Made by a program: the position numbers and the translations under genes
NCBI GenBank assembly: GCA_023391815.1
Contig: JAEWAF010000023.1
Coordinates: forward strand, 14,663 to 78,662
Direction: 5' to 3'
Origin: Pseudomonadota bacterium
Lineage (GTDB): Bacteria; Pseudomonadota; Gammaproteobacteria; Steroidobacterales; Steroidobacteraceae
Length of the DNA stretch: 64,000 bases
In this document: positions 9,278 to 18,376 of the stretch, one piece after another
Numbering within the stretch: the stretch's first letter is position 1
Layout of the letters: every line of letters begins with the position of its first letter
The notes under the pieces: model-generated
Database searches by the model: none
Seen by the model: the letters and a program-made list of their open reading frames with translations, nothing else
What the model was told of the DNA's origin: nothing

Positions 9278-10171
9278 ATGAAGTCCACTAAACGCGTCCC
9301 ATCGTCCAGAATTCCGTCACTCGGCGTCGATCGACTCTCCGCGCTCCTGGAACGGTTCAGGGTGCGGGCAGCGCTGTTTCACACCGGGGCTCTGTGCGGC
9401 ACCACCGTTTATCAGCCGCAGCCAGGTCGTGCTTTTCTGCATGTTCTGCGTCGTGGCGAAATGGAGGTGCGACATCGCGCGGGCGACACCCAGCTGACCC
9501 GATTTCGCCTCACCGAGCCGACGGTGCTGCTTTATCCCAGACCGCTTCGGCATACCTTTGTGAATCCGCCTCGCGAGGGCTCGGATCTCACTTGCGCGAC
9601 GCTCGACTTCAGCGGCGGCGAACACAATCCGATCGTGCAAGCGCTGCCGTCGATGCTCAGAGTGCCGGTCACTGCGGTGGACGGCTTGATGCCCGCGCTC
9701 GATCTGCTGTTCGCCGAGGCCGACCGCGTCCGTTGCGGCTCGCGCCTGCTGGCGGATCGACTATTCGAAGTGGTGCTGATTCAGCTGCTGCGCTGGATTC
9801 TGGATCATCCCGAGCAGGCGGGCGTGTCCAGTGGCCTCATCATGGGTTTGTCTCATGCGCGGCTGGCTCGAGCGTTGGTGGCCGTGCATCGATCGCCGAG
9901 CGAGGACTGGTCACTGACAAAGATGGCGGTGACCGCTGGCATGTCGCGAAGTGCCTTCGCCGACACTTTCAAATCAGTCACGGGCACGACGCCAGCGGCC
10001 TATCTCACCGATTGGCGCATGAGCCTGGCCGCTTCCATGATGCGCTCCGGGCAGCCCATCAAAACGATCGCGGCCGAGCTGGGATTCGGCAGCGGCTCTT
10101 CGCTGGCGAAAGCTTTCAAGCAGCGGTTCGGTGCGTCGCCTCGCGAGTGGCTGGCCGCCGACGGATACTGA
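9278..10171 (+). CDS. AraC family transcriptional regulator (N-terminal cupin-like, C-terminal HTH_18)
   Basis: MSRSAFADTFKSVTGTTPAAYLTDWRMSLAASMM...IAAELGFGSGSSLAKAFKQRFGASPREW. ATG at 9278 (MKSTKR) preferred. Divergent from the AhpD-like gene. Confidence 0.88.
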   Translation: MKSTKRVPSSRIPSLGVDRLSALLERFRVRAALFHTGALCGTTVYQPQPGRAFLHVLRRGEMEVRHRAGDTQLTRFRLTEPTVLLYPRPLRHTFVNPPREGSDLTCATLDFSGGEHNPIVQALPSMLRVPVTAVDGLMPALDLLFAEADRVRCGSRLLADRLFEVVLIQLLRWILDHPEQAGVSSGLIMGLSHARLARALVAVHRSPSEDWSLTKMAVTAGMSRSAFADTFKSVTGTTPAAYLTDWRMSLAASMMRSGQPIKTIAAELGFGSGSSLAKAFKQRFGASPREWLAADGY

Positions 10172-10211
10172 AAGACATCGCGCCACTCCCAACTGCCGAC
10201 GGTCCGGCGTG

Positions 10212-11096
10212 TCAGGTCTTCGGCCGATACAACGTCGGTGGCGGCGGCGCCAAACGCGGCGAGCCGGACTTCACCCACACGTCGTAGCGCATGCGTAGCG
10301 TGCGCACCGGATTGGCGCTTTCGCTCCGCTTGATGTCGTTGTCCATCACGCTGATGTAAGCGAAATATTTGCCGTCATTGTGAGTGACGCCGGGCTCGTC
10401 GTTCTTATCGGCAATGGCGATGTAGGAAACATGCGCCGTCTTGTTGTCGCAGGGAACGAAGTCCATCGGGTTCGATCCGCAATTGCAACGATGATCTCCG
10501 CCGTTGGCATCCGCCGCTTCCATCGCCGCCATCACGCGATCGGCGAGCGTCCCGGTGGCGCGGGTAAAAGCGAGTGCGGCCAGATACACGACCTGATCGC
10601 CGAGCAGCGTGTTGCCCTGAACCTGATAATAAATGTCAGGCCCCACCTGGCCGCCAAAGTACAACGACGAGCGCGAGTTACCCGAGCCGTTGAAGCCGGC
10701 GCGGTTGTTGCTCGCGGTGATGCCCTTGTCGTCGGGCATGGACACGATCCCGAACTGTCGGCGCTCGATGTTGGGATCTTTCTTGAGCATTTCGATGATG
10801 TCGGCGGGCGGCGTGCCCTTCTTCAGTTCGCGGTACACCAGCATCTGATTCTCGTGCGTGTTGTCCGCACCTGCCTGGCAAGCCGCCACACCCACGCCGG
10901 GTACGATCACCGCCTGCAGGTCCATCAAGTCACGCGCAGGGCTGGGCTCGCGCTTTGGAAATGCCTCTTGCCGAACGCACGTCGCCGAAGCGATCACCAC
11001 CTGCCCACTGCGCGCATCCAGCGCGATCACGGACCACGTCGCCCACGCAGGCGTCGCGCCCGCGAACAGCATGATTGCCAATGCAAGGTATTTCAT
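10212..11096 (-). CDS. Exported DUF1028-family (Ntn-hydrolase-fold) protein
   Basis: Signal peptide MKYLALAIMLFAGATPAWA is followed directly by TWSVIALDARSGQVVIASATC, resembling the conserved (M)TFSIVA.D N-terminus of DUF1028. Confidence 0.8.
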   Translation of the reverse strand: MKYLALAIMLFAGATPAWATWSVIALDARSGQVVIASATCVRQEAFPKREPSPARDLMDLQAVIVPGVGVAACQAGADNTHENQMLVYRELKKGTPPADIIEMLKKDPNIERRQFGIVSMPDDKGITASNNRAGFNGSGNSRSSLYFGGQVGPDIYYQVQGNTLLGDQVVYLAALAFTRATGTLADRVMAAMEAADANGGDHRCNCGSNPMDFVPCDNKTAHVSYIAIADKNDEPGVTHNDGKYFAYISVMDNDIKRSESANPVRTLRMRYDVWVKSGSPRLAPPPPTLYRPKT

Positions 11097-11403
11097 TGTC
11101 TAGCCATCCCCCTTTTGTCGGCCGAGGATAGCAACAATCAAACGAAGAGATTTTGCGCAGCGAGGCTGTTATCCGCCGATCTTTCCCTCGGGGTCGGGCT
11201 GACGCAGATCGACGCGGGCATCCGATTCCAGAATCCAGAGGCCAGCGGCGCTGTCGGCCGCTTCGAGCGTTGCGCGAACCCGTAGATCATGGAAGCCAGA
11301 GGCCCGTGCCTTGTCCCAACGGGTTGCACGTGAAGAAAGGCTCGTATGCCCGGCTGATGGTTTCCGCAGACGTGCCCGATCCAGTGTCGGGCACAGACAG
11401 TGT

Positions 11404-12039
11404 TCACGCCCGCTGCAACTCGAATCCCGGCGCCGCCTGCCCGGGCCACAATTCATACATTGCATCCGGCGTCGACAGCCCTCCGCGCCGAGGGCTGGAG
11501 GGAATCTGCAGTGCTCGTGCGGCGGCGATACTCAGCTCGCCGATTTTGTTTGCAGGCCCACGGTCGGGGACGACGCACTCGACGCTTCGCCCCTGATAAG
11601 TGACCCGAGCTTTGCAACCGCGGACGATGCCAGCCGTTCGCTGGACGATGAGCGCGGGCACGACTACATAAGGAACCGTTTCTGAATCGACGTACGCCGA
11701 AGGATCGTCGGCGCGCTTGCCTGAATATCGATACCAGGTCATTGAAGCAATGACGCCGCCGGGGAACACCTTGGGTTGATTGTCGTCATCGAGGATGACG
11801 ATATCTCGCGCCCCAGACTGGGCGCATATGACTTTACCGTCGACGAGTTTCATGCCGCCATTCGCCAGGGCCTCCGTGCCCGAGTCATCCACTCGATACG
11901 CGGCGGGAGCATTGTTCTGGCCATTGGCGCCATCGGCGTCGATATCCGCGTCCGCGAGGAAGCACACACGTCCCGCCTGGTCCTCGCGGATCACGCACTC
12001 ATAGCCTTCGTTGACGATTCTGCCTAACACGCGATCCAT
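11404..12039 (-). CDS. GH75 (fungal-type chitosanase)-like protein, no signal peptide
   Basis: FLADADIDADGANG, VPYVVVPALI and VPDRGPANKIGELSIAAARAL resemble the D.D.DG / YVV.P / GD.GP...GE.S blocks of Glyco_hydro_75. The family call is from memory of the Pfam pattern. Confidence 0.65.
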   Translation of the reverse strand: MDRVLGRIVNEGYECVIREDQAGRVCFLADADIDADGANGQNNAPAAYRVDDSGTEALANGGMKLVDGKVICAQSGARDIVILDDDNQPKVFPGGVIASMTWYRYSGKRADDPSAYVDSETVPYVVVPALIVQRTAGIVRGCKARVTYQGRSVECVVPDRGPANKIGELSIAAARALQIPSSPRRGGLSTPDAMYELWPGQAAPGFELQRA

Positions 12040-12312
12040 GAGACGCCCCCGTGTTGAGTTCAGTCGGACTCCTGCACAACGTGCCCATCAGCAAGTTCTG
12101 TACCCAGCACACATACGAGCATAGCAATCAATAGAAACATACAGCGCACCTTCCGGCGACGAAATCTCACTGTAAAAAATGGCGACGTTTACGCGACCGA
12201 TCGAACAGAGTCAGATGTATTGCTGATTCGATTTCAACTTTCTCATTGCCCCGTCGGATTCACACCTGATACGCTCCGAGCGTCCGAACACCTGGAACAA
12301 ACGGCGGGTTGC

Positions 12313-13497
12313 ATGGAGAAGCAAATGGACAAGATGAATGCGGGTGCCGGCCTGATCGCCTTCGCTGCGTTTCTACTTCCAAACATTGCTGGCGCCACCT
12401 TGTATGACGCTCCGGGCACGTATCTCATCGATACAACCATCAATGACAATCTGATCACGGATCATGCGGATGCTCATCTGGTGGTAGGCACTGGCGGGGT
12501 GGTCCGAGGGTTGGATACGCCGAGCTCCCCGTATCCCGGCGCGGTGAGAACGCGACGAGGAAGCCTCGAAGTCACCGGTAACGGCCGCATCATCGCCGGG
12601 CAGAATCAAAGCGCGATCAGCATGACAGGCGGCGGATCGGTCGTGAGGCTCCGGGATCACGCGATGATCGTGGGCGACATCAGTTCGGCGCTCCCAGGGC
12701 TGGGCAGCGAGAAGACCGCGTTGGGTCGCTTGTATATTCAGGACCACGCCGTCGTGACGGGCAGCTTGATCTACGGCAGCTTCGTCCGCATTCAAGATCA
12801 AGCGCTCATCCTTGGCGACGTTCGCGGCTACGGCAACACCAACGTCAATCTCGAAATGCGCGGCGGCACGGTCGTTGGCACGCTCCGGTTGGGAGGCCTG
12901 GACGATCATCGGGTCGCGATGAGCGACGGAGCGATTCTCGGCGGCTTCCGTGGCGGCCCCAGTTATGTGGAGATGAACATGACTGGCGGCTACATCGACA
13001 ACGGGTTCCGCACCGTTGGAAACATTCACGCCGAATTCCGCGACGGTCGCATCGACGGAGGCATTGCGATCACCCCAAACTCCATCGGCAACAGTGCGCT
13101 TGGGATCTCCGGAGGATACTTCGACACCTACGATGGCGAATGGCTGCTGGCCTTCACCGACACGCATAGTTTCACAGGCATCACCGGGTTCTCCACGCTC
13201 GATATCTCCGGCGGCCAGTTCGGCTACAGCAACGCCGGCCTCGGCTTCTTCATCGATGAATGGGTCAATTTCAACATCTGGGGTCGGGATCTCAGCTATA
13301 GCAATGGCTGGCTCACCGGTTACTTGCAGGACGGCAGCTGGTTCAACAACGCGCTGACCTTCGGTGACAACTGGCACGGCACGTTCACGATCCACAACGT
13401 CCCGGAACCCGGCACGTTGGGCATGCTGGCCGCATGCATGATCGGCATGGGACTCGCGGGCCGTCGCCGAAGAGCACTGCAAGCCCCGTCCACATAG
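12313..13497 (+). CDS. PEP-CTERM sorting-domain protein with repetitive beta-helix-like body
   Basis: C-terminus VPEPGTLGMLAACMIGMGLAGRRRR (PEP motif, TM segment, Arg cluster). Signal peptide AGLIAFAAFLLPNIAGA. The body has recurring G..V.G/I.G-type repeats. Start uncertain (12313, 12325 or 12334). Confidence 0.85.
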   Translation: MEKQMDKMNAGAGLIAFAAFLLPNIAGATLYDAPGTYLIDTTINDNLITDHADAHLVVGTGGVVRGLDTPSSPYPGAVRTRRGSLEVTGNGRIIAGQNQSAISMTGGGSVVRLRDHAMIVGDISSALPGLGSEKTALGRLYIQDHAVVTGSLIYGSFVRIQDQALILGDVRGYGNTNVNLEMRGGTVVGTLRLGGLDDHRVAMSDGAILGGFRGGPSYVEMNMTGGYIDNGFRTVGNIHAEFRDGRIDGGIAITPNSIGNSALGISGGYFDTYDGEWLLAFTDTHSFTGITGFSTLDISGGQFGYSNAGLGFFIDEWVNFNIWGRDLSYSNGWLTGYLQDGSWFNNALTFGDNWHGTFTIHNVPEPGTLGMLAACMIGMGLAGRRRRALQAPST

Positions 13498-13501
13498 GTC
13501 T

Positions 13502-13527
13502 GGAAACGTTTCCGAGGAAACGTTTCC
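13502..13527. repeat. Two tandem perfect 12-bp palindromes GGAAACGTTTCC-GA-GGAAACGTTTCC (candidate operator or hairpin)
   Basis: Read directly: 13502..13513 and 13516..13527 are identical and self-complementary. A further GAGGAAAC half-site lies at 13560..13567. The element sits 4 nt after the PEP-CTERM stop and about 136 nt upstream of the ATG at 13663. Confidence 0.7.
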
Positions 13528-13662
13528 AATCCGATGGCGATATAACGCTCGACGATTGAGAGGAAACCTGCGCCCTGCCCTCAGTGCGTCCCCGATCTAC
13601 GTATTGGCAGTCGATGAGAGGTTCTGGCGAACTCATCGCTGATCGAACGGAGGGCAGACGCA

Positions 13663-15171
13663 ATGATCCATCGGATTCATCCGCTGCTCATCATCACGGT
13701 ATGGTCGGCGAGTGTTGCGCACACGGGCAACAGTTTCTCGCAGGGCACCAACGTTCCGCCCGAGCGCGGCAAGCTCCTGGAAGATCCGCCGGCGCAGCTC
13801 GGGGTCTACTCTTCTTCCGATCTGATCGCCAAGGTGACTGACGGAACAATCTCACGCTGGCTGCTTCGTCGCACATTTACCCCGCAGTGCTCCGTCACCG
13901 TGTATCAATTGCGATATGGAACGATTGGCGCCCAAGGTGAGCCAACCAGCGCCTCGGCTGCATTGATGATTCCTACCGGATCGGACGCAGCGTGCCAGAG
14001 CCCGCGACCGATCGCGTTGTACGCGCATGGAAAGAGGAATCTCACATTCTTCAACATCGCGGATCTCTCGGGACAGACCAACTATGAAGGGCTGATCGTC
14101 GCGCTGGCATTGGCGGGCGATGGCTACATCGTGGTCGCGCCGAACTATGCCGGCTACGATACGTCCACGCTTGGCTATCATCCCTTCATGAATGCGGATC
14201 AGCAGTCCAGCGACATGATGGACGCGCTGTCCGCAGCTCGGGCCGCGTTGGCCGCGATGAATGTCACCGACAATCAGAAGCTGTTTGTAACTGGCTACTC
14301 CGAAGGCGGCTACGTCGCGATGGCCACTCATCGCGGCCTGCAGGCCGCAGGCATTGCCGTCACCGCTTCCGCGCCGATGTCGGGGCCATACGCGCTCTCG
14401 GCTTTTGGCGATGCCATATTCATGGGGCAGGTCGGCCGGGGCGCGGTGGAGGAGTTCCTGATGCTGGCTTCGAGTTATCAGCACGCCTATGGAAACATCG
14501 ACTCGAGCACGAGCGAAGTATTCGAAGCGAAGTACGCATCCGCTACCACACTGCTGCCCGGAGCGATCGGCGCGGGCACGCTGGTGGCGGAAGGCAAAAT
14601 TCCCGAAAGTGCGATCTTCTCCAGCACACCCCCGCTTCCCGAGCTCGCGGCGATGACGCCGGCCACCGCACCTTCGAAGCTCGCTTCGGTGTTCGCACAG
14701 GGGTTCGGGACGGATAACCTGATCACGAACGCGTATCGGCTGAGCTATCTACAGGATGCGTTCTCGGCTCCGGACGGCGGGTTCCCGAACACTACGACAG
14801 GCTTGCCGCCCGACAGTCCGGCGAACACGTTGCGACAGGCGTTGAAGAAAAATGACCTGAGAAACTGGGCGCCGACCTCTCCGATGCTTCTCTGCGCCGG
14901 CGACGAGGATCCGGTGGTGTTTTATCTCAACACCCAGTTGATGGAAGGATATTGGACCGTGACTGCGCCAGACAGCCCGGTCACCGTCCTGGACGTGGAC
15001 GCGCCGCCGTCCCACGACGGTCCCTACAAGCATCTCAGGCGAAATTTCGCCGAGACCAAGTCGCTGCTGAAATTGATCGAAGGCCGATCGGCCGTCGTGG
15101 AGGACTACCACGACGTGCTCGTGCCGGCGTTCTGCCTGCAGGCGGCGAAATCATTTTTCGATGGCTTTTGA
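13663..15171 (+). CDS. Exported alpha/beta hydrolase, secretory-lipase (LIP)-like
   Basis: Nucleophile elbow in LFVTGYSEGGYVAMA. The preceding ALYAHGK...VVAPNYAGYD matches the layout of the LIP/alpha-beta fold. GGAGGG SD 8 nt upstream. Confidence 0.8.
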   Translation: MIHRIHPLLIITVWSASVAHTGNSFSQGTNVPPERGKLLEDPPAQLGVYSSSDLIAKVTDGTISRWLLRRTFTPQCSVTVYQLRYGTIGAQGEPTSASAALMIPTGSDAACQSPRPIALYAHGKRNLTFFNIADLSGQTNYEGLIVALALAGDGYIVVAPNYAGYDTSTLGYHPFMNADQQSSDMMDALSAARAALAAMNVTDNQKLFVTGYSEGGYVAMATHRGLQAAGIAVTASAPMSGPYALSAFGDAIFMGQVGRGAVEEFLMLASSYQHAYGNIDSSTSEVFEAKYASATTLLPGAIGAGTLVAEGKIPESAIFSSTPPLPELAAMTPATAPSKLASVFAQGFGTDNLITNAYRLSYLQDAFSAPDGGFPNTTTGLPPDSPANTLRQALKKNDLRNWAPTSPMLLCAGDEDPVVFYLNTQLMEGYWTVTAPDSPVTVLDVDAPPSHDGPYKHLRRNFAETKSLLKLIEGRSAVVEDYHDVLVPAFCLQAAKSFFDGF

Positions 15172-15183
15172 GGCAGGTCGCGC

Positions 15184-16188
15184 TCAGCCACTCGACAGCA
15201 AGCGGCCGAGCACCGGCTGCCCGCCCCATCGCGTCGCCTCCGGCGTCGGCCCGATCGGCTCGAATTTCAAACCGCGCAGGTCGATGAGCTTCTTGGGCTG
15301 AGCGGGTCCGCTTCGTTTGTGAGTTCGTGCGCGGAACAGGCAACCCTCCCTGGCGAACAACAGATCGCCCGCAGGGGACCAATCGGCCCAGTCGGCACGA
15401 CCGAGATCGAGCACGACATTGTCCCGATCGTCGAGGACTCGATACTCGACGACGTACCAGGGGCCGTCGATCTCCTTCACCCCGAGGAGTTGCATTTCGA
15501 GCCTCCACGCGCCCGATGATTTCACACGCACCGGTCGCTCCACATACTCGATCCAGAGTCGCGATCCGCGCTTGTTCTCACGAGCCTTTCCTTGGCTTTT
15601 CAGCTCCCAGCCATCGCGCTCGAGCCGACGTGACCAGACTGGCTCGTCCTCACCGTGGCCCGCGTGCTCACCGAATGGGCTGACCGCGATCGTTGGCGGA
15701 ACCTCAAATCCGTCGGCCAATTTTTGCTGGCGCGCGCCGTGGTTCAGCAGAATAGTCCGCTCGTTCTCGAACACTCCGCCGCCGCCCCACGCATCGCCTT
15801 TCGGCCACAACAACAAAGCGGTCAGGAACGGCGGCCGGCTCACCGCCGTCCAGGTGCGCATTGGATTGCGGTACGCACCGACGAAGTAGATCAACTTCTG
15901 CCCGGATGGCGAGAGATCGCAGCGGTGCTCGTAAATCCTGCCTCGCAACCACTGGCCCAGGCGGAATTCGTCTCGATCGGTGTCCCAGGAGATCACGGCG
16001 ACCGATTTCGACGGCCCACGCCGAAAGACGACGGCCATGGAAGACTTTCGCGCGAGTAGCACGCCAATGCGTGTCGCGGCGGTGGGTCTGGACGGCAGAT
16101 CCTTGGCGAAGGTCGATGACAAGTCGGTGAGTATCCGATTGCGCACGTCAGTGGGATCAAGGATAAAGGGCGCTTCGATATACTTCAT
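15184..16188 (-). CDS. Hypothetical cytoplasmic protein (334 aa)
   Basis: Clean ATG, balanced composition, propeller-like snippets (LSPSGQKLIYFVG, WSPAGDLLFAREG). No family recognised. Confidence 0.7.
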   Translation of the reverse strand: MKYIEAPFILDPTDVRNRILTDLSSTFAKDLPSRPTAATRIGVLLARKSSMAVVFRRGPSKSVAVISWDTDRDEFRLGQWLRGRIYEHRCDLSPSGQKLIYFVGAYRNPMRTWTAVSRPPFLTALLLWPKGDAWGGGGVFENERTILLNHGARQQKLADGFEVPPTIAVSPFGEHAGHGEDEPVWSRRLERDGWELKSQGKARENKRGSRLWIEYVERPVRVKSSGAWRLEMQLLGVKEIDGPWYVVEYRVLDDRDNVVLDLGRADWADWSPAGDLLFAREGCLFRARTHKRSGPAQPKKLIDLRGLKFEPIGPTPEATRWGGQPVLGRLLSSG

Positions 16189-16207
16189 CTATCTTCTTGA
16201 ACTTCAG

Positions 16208-16789
16208 ATGCCGGCGACCGAATCGCAGCTAGACACTCCATCCACTAGCCGGCTGGTGATTCGCGTCAAGCTGATTCCCCAAGAGGAGCTTCCGGCCCCG
16301 GCGCGCCCGCGCTCGAGCAAAGGGCCGCTGCTGCTGATTGTTGGGGTGATCGCCGCGCTGGTCGGCTGGTTCGCGCTCAGCAACTTCAGATCCGATCCGA
16401 GCCCTCCGCCCACTGCGAAGAGTGAGCCAGTGCCGAAGCCCACTGTCGCTGAACCGGCCAAGCCGACGCACGTCGAGGCTGAAGTGCCGCAACAGCAGGA
16501 CCCTCCGCTCTCGCCCGTGCATCAAGAACTTCCCGATGTCCCGCGGAGTGCTCTAAACACGATCACCGGCACCGTCAGAGTGTCCGTCCGCGTGAGCATC
16601 GATAAGCAAGGCGGGGTTATCGCTGCTACATCGGACGATCGCGGACCGAGTCGTTACTTCGAGCGGCTCGCGCTCGATGCTTCGAAGCAGTGGACGTTTA
16701 CGCCGACCCGGGCGGAACAAAAGCGAACGATGCTGGTGAAGTTCAACTTCACGCGGGACGGCGCGACGGCTCAGGCCATCGAGCCCTGA
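16208..16789 (+). CDS. TonB-family energy transducer-like protein
   Basis: TM anchor (LLLIVGVIAALVGWFAL), Pro-rich spacer (DPSPPPTAKSEPVPKPTVAEPAKP), and a TonB_C-like end (GTVRVSVRVSIDKQGGVIAA...LDASKQWTFTP). ATG at 16208 chosen because the upstream part of the track ORF overlaps the divergent gene. Confidence 0.75.
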   Translation: MPATESQLDTPSTSRLVIRVKLIPQEELPAPARPRSSKGPLLLIVGVIAALVGWFALSNFRSDPSPPPTAKSEPVPKPTVAEPAKPTHVEAEVPQQQDPPLSPVHQELPDVPRSALNTITGTVRVSVRVSIDKQGGVIAATSDDRGPSRYFERLALDASKQWTFTPTRAEQKRTMLVKFNFTRDGATAQAIEP

Positions 16790-17585
16790 ACTCACGATGT
16801 GCTCGCAACAACTCATCGTCACTTTCGCTCGCAAGCTGGGATTCTCGGAATCCTGAAGCAATCGCGATGACGCTCACCTCGCGCCCTTCGACGCTGAACC
16901 GAACGCGCCACTCTTTGACCGCGAGCTGCATTCCATCCTCGAGTCGGCGAATGCGCCGATAAGGATGCGGCTCCGGGCCCAGCGCGAGCGTGGAGCGAAT
17001 CCGTTCCTCGATCGTGAGGCCGGTTCGCGTCTCGATCCAGTTTGCTTGTTCGGCGGCCAGGGCCGTGAACGTCACGGCATAGGCACTCACCGGGTCCGCG
17101 GGCTGGGAACCTTCAGCGTCGTCGAGCCAACCATTGCCTGCCTCCGGATGCGAGTCCGTGTAAGCGACGTAGGGCTTGAGATCGAGCACCGGCGTGCCAT
17201 CGAGCATGTCGGCGTCGAGCACGTGAATGTTCAAGCCCTCCACCTTCTCCAATCGAACCACGGACAGCCCGATCGGGTTGGGCCGGTGCGGCGAGCGCGT
17301 GGAGAACACACCTTTGCGCCCGGACGTACTCCGAGGCGGCAACACCTTAGGACGCCAGCCCGGATTGTGATGAAACCAGAAGACCACCCAAATCAATTTC
17401 CACCGCGCCAGATCCTCGAGCGCGTGCTCGAAATTTCGGCCGGGAAACAGCTCGATGCGAGCCGGCGCACCCTGCGCGGCTCGCGGCTGGCGCGCGGCTT
17501 CGACCTTGGTGACGAGTGAAGTGCGGACGATTCCGATGGGCTCGAGAACGAGGCGCGGCGGATCGCTATCTTGAACAGACGACAT
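16749..17585 (-). CDS. trmO: tRNA (m6t6A37) methyltransferase TrmO/TsaA family, with C-terminal extension
   Basis: PIGIVRT...IELFPGRNFEHALEDLARWKLIWVVFWFH...RSPHRPNPIGLSVVRLEKVEG..LDADMLDGTPVLDLKPY is the classic YaeB/TsaA signature. Confidence 0.88.
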   Translation of the reverse strand: MSSVQDSDPPRLVLEPIGIVRTSLVTKVEAARQPRAAQGAPARIELFPGRNFEHALEDLARWKLIWVVFWFHHNPGWRPKVLPPRSTSGRKGVFSTRSPHRPNPIGLSVVRLEKVEGLNIHVLDADMLDGTPVLDLKPYVAYTDSHPEAGNGWLDDAEGSQPADPVSAYAVTFTALAAEQANWIETRTGLTIEERIRSTLALGPEPHPYRRIRRLEDGMQLAVKEWRVRFSVEGREVSVIAIASGFRESQLASESDDELLRAHREFRARWPEPSRRPA

Positions 17586-17622
17586 GAGCCGCAGGATACG
17601 ACATCGCCGTCACTTCGAACGC

Positions 17623-18360
17623 TCAGATGGAATTCAAGTACCCACCATCGACGGCGATGGCCTGACCGGTGATGTACGACGCGCGCTCCGAGGCGAGAAA
17701 TGCCGCGAGGGCGGCGAACTCCTCCGGCCGCCCGATGCGGCCCGCGGGAATCTTCGGCCCCATGGTCGCATCATCCACGCCCAGTTCCGTCAGTCGCTCG
17801 GTCGCAGTGTAACCAGGCAGCAGCGCGTTCATCGTGATCCCGTCTTTCGCGACATCGCGGCTGACCGAATTGATCAACCCGAGCAGACCGGCTCGCAGGC
17901 TGTTGGAAATCACCAGGCCCGGTTGTGGCTCACGCGCGGAAATCGATGTGATCGCGAGGATGCGCCCCCACTTGCGCTGACGCATGTGAGGCAACACGGC
18001 GAGCACGCTTTCGACGGTGCTCATCCATAAATTGTCGAAGCCTTTTTGCCAGTCGCTCGCGGTCATTCGTTCGAATGAGCCCGCGGGCGGACCGCCTGTG
18101 TTGGTCACCAGAATGTCCACAGGTCCACCCAGCGCCTTCGCGGCTTGGGCGACCAACGCTTCGGAGTTGCCGGGCGTCGATACATCGCCCGCAATGCCGA
18201 TCGCGCCGATCTCGGCGGCGGTCGCCATGATGCGAGCGGGATCGCGAGAAACAATCGCGACGTGCACGCCTTCCGCGATCAGTTCGCGCGCAACCGCTTT
18301 GCCCAGACCTTTGGATGCGCCGAACACGAGCGCGCGACGCCCGGATAGTTTCAGATCCAT
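17623..18360 (-). CDS. SDR family oxidoreductase
   Basis: MDLKLSGRRALVFGASKGLGKAVARELIAEG (Rossmann GxxxGxG), NTGGPP, and ending GQAIAVDGG. Internal ATG at 18360. Confidence 0.88.
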   Translation of the reverse strand: MDLKLSGRRALVFGASKGLGKAVARELIAEGVHVAIVSRDPARIMATAAEIGAIGIAGDVSTPGNSEALVAQAAKALGGPVDILVTNTGGPPAGSFERMTASDWQKGFDNLWMSTVESVLAVLPHMRQRKWGRILAITSISAREPQPGLVISNSLRAGLLGLINSVSRDVAKDGITMNALLPGYTATERLTELGVDDATMGPKIPAGRIGRPEEFAALAAFLASERASYITGQAIAVDGGYLNSI

Positions 18361-18376
18361 GATCGAAGACCTTTGC

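Noticed and set aside
11169-11465. Possible small gene or frameshifted remnant in the ~300-bp gap between the DUF1028 and GH75-like genes (minus frame ending ...LWILESDARVDLRQPDPEGKIGG)
   Set aside because: The codon pattern looks mildly coding, but there is no ATG/GTG/TTG start downstream of the GH75-like stop in that frame and no SD. The N-terminal part of the track ORF lies inside the GH75-like gene in another frame.
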